From positions 1,166 through 65,165 of the forward strand of contig CAZMJS010000008.1 in assembly GCA_964566695.1 (NCBI GenBank): a stretch of 64,000 bases of DNA. The letters are read 5' to 3'. The stretch is from an uncultured Bradymonadales bacterium. Lineage in GTDB: Bacteria > Myxococcota_A > Bradymonadia > Bradymonadales > Bradymonadaceae. Shown piece after piece: positions 58,589 through 64,000 of the stretch. The number at the start of each line of letters is the position of its first letter. Positions within the stretch are counted from its first letter, which is position 1. A program made the translations under genes and the position numbers. The notes beneath the pieces were generated by a model. It did no database searches. It was not told the origin of the DNA and worked only from the letters and a program-made list of their open reading frames with translations.

Positions 58589-58623
58589 TCGATTTCCCCT
58601 CCCCCGGCGATGGGGGACATAGC

Positions 58624-58660
58624 AAAGGCCCCGGCTTCGCCAAGAAGCCGGGGCCTTTTT
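58624..58660. terminator. 12-bp-stem terminator between convergent pccB and gltA
   Basis: AAA GGCCCCGGCTTC gccaa GAAGCCGGGGCC TTTTT. The T-run is stronger on the plus strand. Confidence 0.85.
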
Positions 58661-58679
58661 CGTGGCGCATTATCCGTGC

Positions 58680-59945
58680 TTAGCGCTCGTCGATCGCCGT
58701 GACGTGTCGCTCGTTCTCACCGATATAGATCTGGCGCGGACGATGGATTCGGAACGCCGGATCATTTCGCATCTCATTCCACTGAGCAACCCACCCGGCC
58801 ACCCGACCCAGGGCGAACATCACGGTGAACATCTCCGTCGGAATTTCCAGCGCCCGGTAGATGATGCCGCTATAGAAATCGACATTCGGGTACAGCCGTC
58901 GGTCGACGAAATAATCGTCTTCCAGCGCCGCCGCCTCCAACTCCCGAGCGATATCGAGCAGCGGGTCGTCTTTGCCCAGCGCATTGAGCACGTCGTCGGC
59001 CGACTTCTTGAGGATCTTGGCCCGCGGATCGAAATTCTTATAGACCCGGTGCCCGAATCCCATCAGTCGAAAGTCCGAGGACTTGTCCTTGGCCAATTCC
59101 ACATAATGGGCCACATCCCCGTCGCCATCGTGGATCTCCTGAAGCATCTCCAGCACACGCTGGTTCGCTCCTCCGTGCAGCGGGCCCGACAGGGCTCCCA
59201 CGCCAGCGGCAATGGACGCATATAGCGAGCTCTGGGCGCTGCCCACCATGCGCGTCGTCGACGCACTGCAATTCTGCTCGTGGTCGGCGTGCAGGGTCAG
59301 CAGCTTGTCGATGGCATCGGCCACCGCCTCATCGACATCCGGATCGGCGCCGGGCTTCCCATACATCATGTGCAGGAAGTTCTCCGCAAAGCCCAACCCC
59401 TCCGCCGGATAGGTATAGGGCAACCCCTCGCGGCGTCGATAAATATACGCCGCCAGGGTGTTCATGCCGGCGATCACTCGCAGCACATCCTCATCGCTCT
59501 CGCCGCTGGTATCGTAGTAGGTTTCCAGCGCCGACACCGCCGTCGACAGCATGGCCATGGGGTGAGCCGTTCGCGGCAGCGCATCGAGCACATCCTTGAT
59601 GCCCTCGTCGATGACGGCGTAGTCCGTCATCGTCGTCTTGACTTCTTCCAACCGCTCTTCGTCGGGCAAGTCGCCCCACACCAGAAGGTTGATGGTCTCT
59701 TCAAACGACACATTCTCCGCCAGATCCTCGATCGGGTAGCCCCGATAGCGAAGGACGCCGTTCTCCCCATCAATATACGTGATGGCGCTCTGGCACGAAC
59801 CGGTATTGCCGTAGCCTGGATCCAGACATACGGTGCCGGTCGTTCCGCGAAGCTTGGCGATATCTATACCAACCTCGCCTTCGCTTCCCTCGACCAGCGG
59901 AAATTCGTGCTCCGTTCCATCGATATTCAACTTCACTTTGCTCAT
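58680..59945 (-). CDS. gltA: citrate synthase
   Basis: 421 aa; ...LRYRGYPIEDLAE...LHADHEQNCS...GPLHGGAN...GFGHRVYK. Confidence 0.95.
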   Translation of the reverse strand: MSKVKLNIDGTEHEFPLVEGSEGEVGIDIAKLRGTTGTVCLDPGYGNTGSCQSAITYIDGENGVLRYRGYPIEDLAENVSFEETINLLVWGDLPDEERLEEVKTTMTDYAVIDEGIKDVLDALPRTAHPMAMLSTAVSALETYYDTSGESDEDVLRVIAGMNTLAAYIYRRREGLPYTYPAEGLGFAENFLHMMYGKPGADPDVDEAVADAIDKLLTLHADHEQNCSASTTRMVGSAQSSLYASIAAGVGALSGPLHGGANQRVLEMLQEIHDGDGDVAHYVELAKDKSSDFRLMGFGHRVYKNFDPRAKILKKSADDVLNALGKDDPLLDIARELEAAALEDDYFVDRRLYPNVDFYSGIIYRALEIPTEMFTVMFALGRVAGWVAQWNEMRNDPAFRIHRPRQIYIGENERHVTAIDER

Positions 59946-60364
59946 GGATATTCTCCCTTGGAGACCATGGGTACCATCATATTGCGATCTGCCGGACGAC
60001 CTCGCCGCCCGCGTTTGAGCTCAATTTCTCTCCATTCCCGATCAATCTTCGTAAAATGGGGAGTCCATCGACGAGCCGATGGTTCCAGACTGGCCCTGGC
60101 TCTTTCGGTGGGCCGGGGATCGCTGAAATCGTCGACTCGACAGGCGCCGGAAGCGTATCAGCCGTGGCCCAAAATGGGAAGCTTCCCAGGGCGTTTTCTG
60201 TACGCACCGCCGGCCCCTTAATTGACCACGCGCCAATGGTTAACACCAACGCGTGACTGACCACCTTTTTTCCGATGCACCGCAGCAACAAAACTTGCCA
60301 TGGAAGATATTTTCCCCTCTACTGCGTTGCATAATCGCTGATCTTTCTCCATCTTCGACCCATC

Positions 60365-61039
60365 ATGATGTCCATGTCTTCCACCGCGGCTCAATTCGCC
60401 CTCGCGCTCTCGGGGCTCCTCCTGCCGGTCACGGCCGCCGCCCAGATGTATACCTATGAGACCCCCGACGGGGAGGTGCTCATCACCACCGAGAAGCGCG
60501 ACCAGTCCGGCTATACGCTCCTGGAGGAGCTATCCTCCGGGCCTCGCTCCAGTTCCGGTGCTGACACCGACACCTCCTCCTCGTCTTCCTCCTCCATCAC
60601 TCCCCATATGGGCTCGTCGACGCTGCCCTTTTCCTCCCGAGAAGCCGCCTTCGACGATATTATCGCCGAGGCCGCCGAGGCCTATGACGTCCCCTTTGGC
60701 TTTATCAAAGCCGTCATGCGTATTGAGAGCGCCTTCCAGACCGACGCCATCAGTCACGCCGGCGCCATGGGCTTGATGCAACTAATGCCCCGCACCGCCG
60801 AATCCCTGGGCGTCGACGACCCCTTCGACGCCCGTCAGAATATCTTCGGTGGCGCCAAATTTCTGCGCATCTTGATCGATCGCTACGATGGCGATATCAA
60901 CCTTATCCTCGCTGCCTACAATGCGGGCGACGTCGCCGTGCGACGCCACGACGGCATTCCCTACGCCCAGACGCGCGAGTACGTCGTCTCCGTCTATTAT
61001 TGGTTTCAACAGTATTCTGCCGACCAGGACTCGCCGTGA
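60365..61039 (+). CDS. lytic transglycosylase (SLT domain), secreted
   Basis: Signal peptide, Ser-rich linker, then IKAVMRIESAFQTDAISHAGAMGLMQLMPRTA...AYNAG. Confidence 0.85.
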   Translation: MMSMSSTAAQFALALSGLLLPVTAAAQMYTYETPDGEVLITTEKRDQSGYTLLEELSSGPRSSSGADTDTSSSSSSSITPHMGSSTLPFSSREAAFDDIIAEAAEAYDVPFGFIKAVMRIESAFQTDAISHAGAMGLMQLMPRTAESLGVDDPFDARQNIFGGAKFLRILIDRYDGDINLILAAYNAGDVAVRRHDGIPYAQTREYVVSVYYWFQQYSADQDSP

Positions 61040-61653
61040 GCGCCCAAACGATCCGCCAGGACATCGTCAACATTCCCAATCTCCTGACCCTCTTTCGGAT
61101 CGCTTTGATCCCCGTGGTCGCCCTCTTTATCTATTGGGGCGATCCCGTCAGTTGCATCATCGCCGTCATCCTCTTCTGGGTCGCCGGCGTCACCGACTGG
61201 TTCGACGGGTATATCGCCCGTCGCCAGGGTCTGGTGAGCATGACCGGGAAATTTCTCGACCCCCTGGCCGACAAGCTACTGGTGCTCACCTGTCTGATCA
61301 CCCTCATCCCCATGGGCCGTCTCCCGGCCTGGATCGTGGTCCTGATCGTCGCCCGAGAGGTCTCCGTGACCGCCCTGCGCGCCCTGGCCTCCGGCGAGGG
61401 CATGGTCATCAGCGCCGGGGAAGCCGGAAAACTCAAGACGGCCTTCCAGATGACCGGTCTATTGGGCCTCATCATCCACTTTAGCTACCAGGTCAACTAT
61501 TATGGCTACGAGATGACCGTAAACTTCCATCTCATCGGCTTCTACCTGCTGCTGATCAGCGTCTTCTTTAGCCTCTGGAGCGCCTGGGAGTACTTCTACG
61601 ACTTTCTTCAGGAAGTGGGCCGACGAAACGAATCAGCCAACAGCTCCTCATAG
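61036..61653 (+). CDS. pgsA: CDP-diacylglycerol--glycerol-3-phosphate 3-phosphatidyltransferase
   Basis: NIPNLLTLFRI...DWFDGYIARR...GKFLDPLADK. The GTG start at 61036 overlaps the SLT stop (GTGA). Confidence 0.88.
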   Translation: MSAQTIRQDIVNIPNLLTLFRIALIPVVALFIYWGDPVSCIIAVILFWVAGVTDWFDGYIARRQGLVSMTGKFLDPLADKLLVLTCLITLIPMGRLPAWIVVLIVAREVSVTALRALASGEGMVISAGEAGKLKTAFQMTGLLGLIIHFSYQVNYYGYEMTVNFHLIGFYLLLISVFFSLWSAWEYFYDFLQEVGRRNESANSSS

Positions 61654-63255
61654 CCAATCACGCCATGGGCTGGCCGGCTCCATCCAGCTCACGGGTGTCC
61701 CCAAGGCCTCCAGGCGCCGTGCCAATTGACTGCGCTCTCGAGCTTCTTCCCCGGCGAATAGATCGACCATCACGCCCTGGCGAACCCCGGTGATCGCGTC
61801 GGGGGAGCGGTACTTCGGCGTAAATGGCACCACCCAACGCACTTCCACGCCACGCCTCTGGGCAACTCTCAACGGCCCTCTCAACGGATCGATATCTCGC
61901 ACCCCGCACAGATCACTGACAATGGTCAGCCGATCCACCCCTACCCGCCCGTCCAGCGCCGATGCCTTGATCAATTCCGCCAGACCCCACTCTTTGGTAC
62001 CAGCCCGCAACTCCGAGGGCGGCGCCGGTGCCAGCCCCCGATAGTACCAGAATTGCCTCACCCGACTCAGCGTCGCCTGGCCGACCGGCTCTGTCCCCAA
62101 CTCCCAATCGCCCAAACGCCCTCGCTCGCGCCGCTCCACGGCGTGCATCCACCGCTCCAATAGGCCCTGATCGACCTCGTCGCCCCCCCGACGAAAATCC
62201 AGGCGCTCCTGAACCCTCAGGTAATCAGCCGTGGCCTCCATCATCTCCTCGTCGTCCAACGCCGTGCGTTCCCGATCCAGGGGATAGCGAACCTGTGTCA
62301 GGTGACGCCCGATTCGACGCAGTTGGCCCCGGCCAAGGTCGCAGGCCACCCCACCAAATACATCGTGGTCAAAGCTCCATAGCCCGACCTCTCGCCCCCC
62401 GGCCAACCATGCCTGACTCAGGCGATAGACCACCTCCAGGGCTTGGTCGAATTTACTGCTTCCCATCGGGCCGGCTTTCATAGACGTCGATATATCCAAC
62501 CCCAGGGCCTCTCGCCGTCCCTCCTCGATCTCAAAGTCCCGACTGATTAGCCGCTGCTGCCGCATCGTCGCTTTCCAGGCGATGGAACGCAGCGAGTCGC
62601 CACTTTGATAATCCCGCAACTCCTTAAAATTCATCCCCTCCGCCCCTCGCCGTGACGCCTTCACCTCCCGATCCAACGGCCGTGATCCGCCGTGAAGACT
62701 GGACAAAGACGCGCTTTCCACCGCCGACGGTCGACAGGCGATGACCTCGATCCCACCCAGATAATCCCGCGTCTCCACCAGCCCCAGAGCATCGCCCATG
62801 ACCACATCCACGCCCTGAATACTCCCCCATCCAACGGCCTCACCGACCACCTCCAGCGCCAGACCTTTGGCCTGACCTCCTTGGACGACCAATCCCTCAT
62901 AGGGACCATCGATTCCTTGCGTGCTGAGCACCCCTTCGCTGCGCACCCATAGACCTCGGATTCGGACGGCCCGATGGGATCGGTTGGTGATCCACCACGT
63001 GGCCCGCCACCGCTCCCCCAGCGTCATCTGCCGATGGGACCACCCCTCACCGTGCCCCTCAAACTCGCCCGCTAGCAATCGCTGTTCGGCCAGCCAGATG
63101 GGCATCAACACCCGCCAGGCGGCCACAACGATCAGGGCCACCGCGACCATCCCAAACCCCACCACCAAGGCCTGATTGGCCATCGCTCCCACCACCACGA
63201 ACACCGCCCCGCTGGCGAAGAGCCACTTGCCTCGCTGCGTCAGGTGGGGGCTCAT
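61648..63255 (-). CDS. DUF58-domain protein (MoxR-associated), unusually long
   Basis: N-terminal TM pair, then the DUF58 signature RDYQSGDSLRSIAWKATMRQQRL. 535 aa. Its start overlaps the moxR stop. Confidence 0.8.
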   Translation of the reverse strand: MSPHLTQRGKWLFASGAVFVVVGAMANQALVVGFGMVAVALIVVAAWRVLMPIWLAEQRLLAGEFEGHGEGWSHRQMTLGERWRATWWITNRSHRAVRIRGLWVRSEGVLSTQGIDGPYEGLVVQGGQAKGLALEVVGEAVGWGSIQGVDVVMGDALGLVETRDYLGGIEVIACRPSAVESASLSSLHGGSRPLDREVKASRRGAEGMNFKELRDYQSGDSLRSIAWKATMRQQRLISRDFEIEEGRREALGLDISTSMKAGPMGSSKFDQALEVVYRLSQAWLAGGREVGLWSFDHDVFGGVACDLGRGQLRRIGRHLTQVRYPLDRERTALDDEEMMEATADYLRVQERLDFRRGGDEVDQGLLERWMHAVERRERGRLGDWELGTEPVGQATLSRVRQFWYYRGLAPAPPSELRAGTKEWGLAELIKASALDGRVGVDRLTIVSDLCGVRDIDPLRGPLRVAQRRGVEVRWVVPFTPKYRSPDAITGVRQGVMVDLFAGEEARERSQLARRLEALGTPVSWMEPASPWRDWL

Positions 63256-64000
63256 CGTTGCGTGGCCTTTTTCTCGGCGTAGGACACCTTCTTTAGGGCT
63301 CGCCCCACCACCTCCTCGCTCCCAACGCCCTCCAACTCCGCATCTCGATGCAGCACCAAACGGTGCGCTAATACGGGCTTGGCGAACGCTCGGATATCAT
63401 CGGGCAGCACGAAGTCTCGACCTTCAATCAGCGCATGGGCCTGGGCGCTCCGAAGCAGTGCCAGCGTGGCCCGCGGCGATGCCCCAAGGGTCGTGTCGCG
63501 ATCGACGCGCGTTCGCCGAACCAGGCGCACCACGTAGCCCATCAACTCCTCCTCCACATGAACCTCCTCCACCCATTGGCTCATTTGCGCCACCGTCGAT
63601 GCCTCCACCACCTGCGACGGCATCGGCACCCGCTGGCGATGGCGCCTCAACACCTCGATCTCCTGATCCAGCGACGGATACCCCAGGCGTATCTTCATCA
63701 AAAACCGGTCCAACTGGGCCTCCGGCAGCGGGTAAACCCCTTGTTGCTCCACCGGGTTTTGGGTGGCCAGCACCATAAAGGGCTGCTCCAATCCCAATGT
63801 CTCCCCCTCAATCGTCACCTGCCGCTCCTGCATCGCCTCCAGCAAGGCCGCCTGCGTTTTCGCAGGCGCCCGGTTGATCTCATCGCCCAAGACGATATTG
63901 GCAAATACGGGACCCCGTCGAAGTTCGAAGCGCTGCTGCTGCAGGTCGGGCACAAAATTACCCGTGATATCGGCCGGCAATAAATCGGGCGTAAACTGAA
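63252..64000 (-). CDS. moxR: MoxR-family AAA+ ATPase, C-terminal ~250 codons only (N-terminus beyond window end)
   Basis: ...QFTPDLLPADITG...FANIVLGDEINRAPAKTQAALLEAMQERQVTIEG. The reading frame stays open to position 64000; the apparent start at 63980 is an internal TTG. Confidence 0.88.
   Translation of the reverse strand, partial: QFTPDLLPADITGNFVPDLQQQRFELRRGPVFANIVLGDEINRAPAKTQAALLEAMQERQVTIEGETLGLEQPFMVLATQNPVEQQGVYPLPEAQLDRFLMKIRLGYPSLDQEIEVLRRHRQRVPMPSQVVEASTVAQMSQWVEEVHVEEELMGYVVRLVRRTRVDRDTTLGASPRATLALLRSAQAHALIEGRDFVLPDDIRAFAKPVLAHRLVLHRDAELEGVGSEEVVGRALKKVSYAEKKATQR

Noticed and set aside
59280-60221. 313-aa plus-strand ORF
   Set aside because: It is mostly antisense to citrate synthase, and the remainder runs through the intergenic region. 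No family resemblance.

Overview
High-GC, gene-dense chromosomal core segment, about 50 confident genes. By protein style (very acidic proteins, FHA/Ser-Thr kinase/PEGA/Kelch/TonB-like proteins, a Myxococcota-like division cluster) it looks like a Myxococcota/Bradymonadia-like deltaproteobacterium; that taxonomic guess is inference only. Minus strand, 1-28 kb: a partial membrane protein, dnaK, an FmdB zinc-ribbon protein, a DsbD-like protein, pnp, rpsO, a TonB-like protein, trmJ, then a nearly complete dcw cluster (mraZ-rsmH-ftsL-ftsI-murE-murF-mraY-ftsW-murG-murB::ddl-ftsQ-ftsA-ftsZ). In that cluster murD and murC are absent from their canonical slots, murB and ddl form one ORF, and FtsI carries a PASTA-like tail. 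28-45 kb is the least housekeeping-like part. It holds an envelope operon (PEGA protein, Kelch lipoprotein, small acidic protein) and an orphan HAMP histidine kinase translationally coupled to an EEP-family enzyme. It also holds a divergent pair (843-aa FHA coiled-coil protein; ParA/MinD-like protein with an Arg-substituted P-loop and a RodZ-like HTH tail) and a 1412-aa Ser/Thr kinase-STAND-TPR protein. 45-64 kb: RNA-modification enzymes (three RluA-family synthases, TrmL, DusA), yebC, asnS, ctaA, an isovaleryl-CoA dehydrogenase-like gene, a small A/T-richer two-gene islet of coiled-coil proteins, glgA, pccB, gltA, an SLT transglycosylase, pgsA, and DUF58-MoxR (MoxR runs off the window end). 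By eye I found no rRNA, tRNA, CRISPR array, transposase or integrase. My best candidate for something undescribed is the FHA-scaffold / degenerate ParA-like / kinase neighbourhood. Next come the two-gene coiled-coil islet and a repeated GTGGGATAAAGTGG motif upstream of mraZ. All functional calls rest on motif-level recognition of the translated ORFs; no searches were run.
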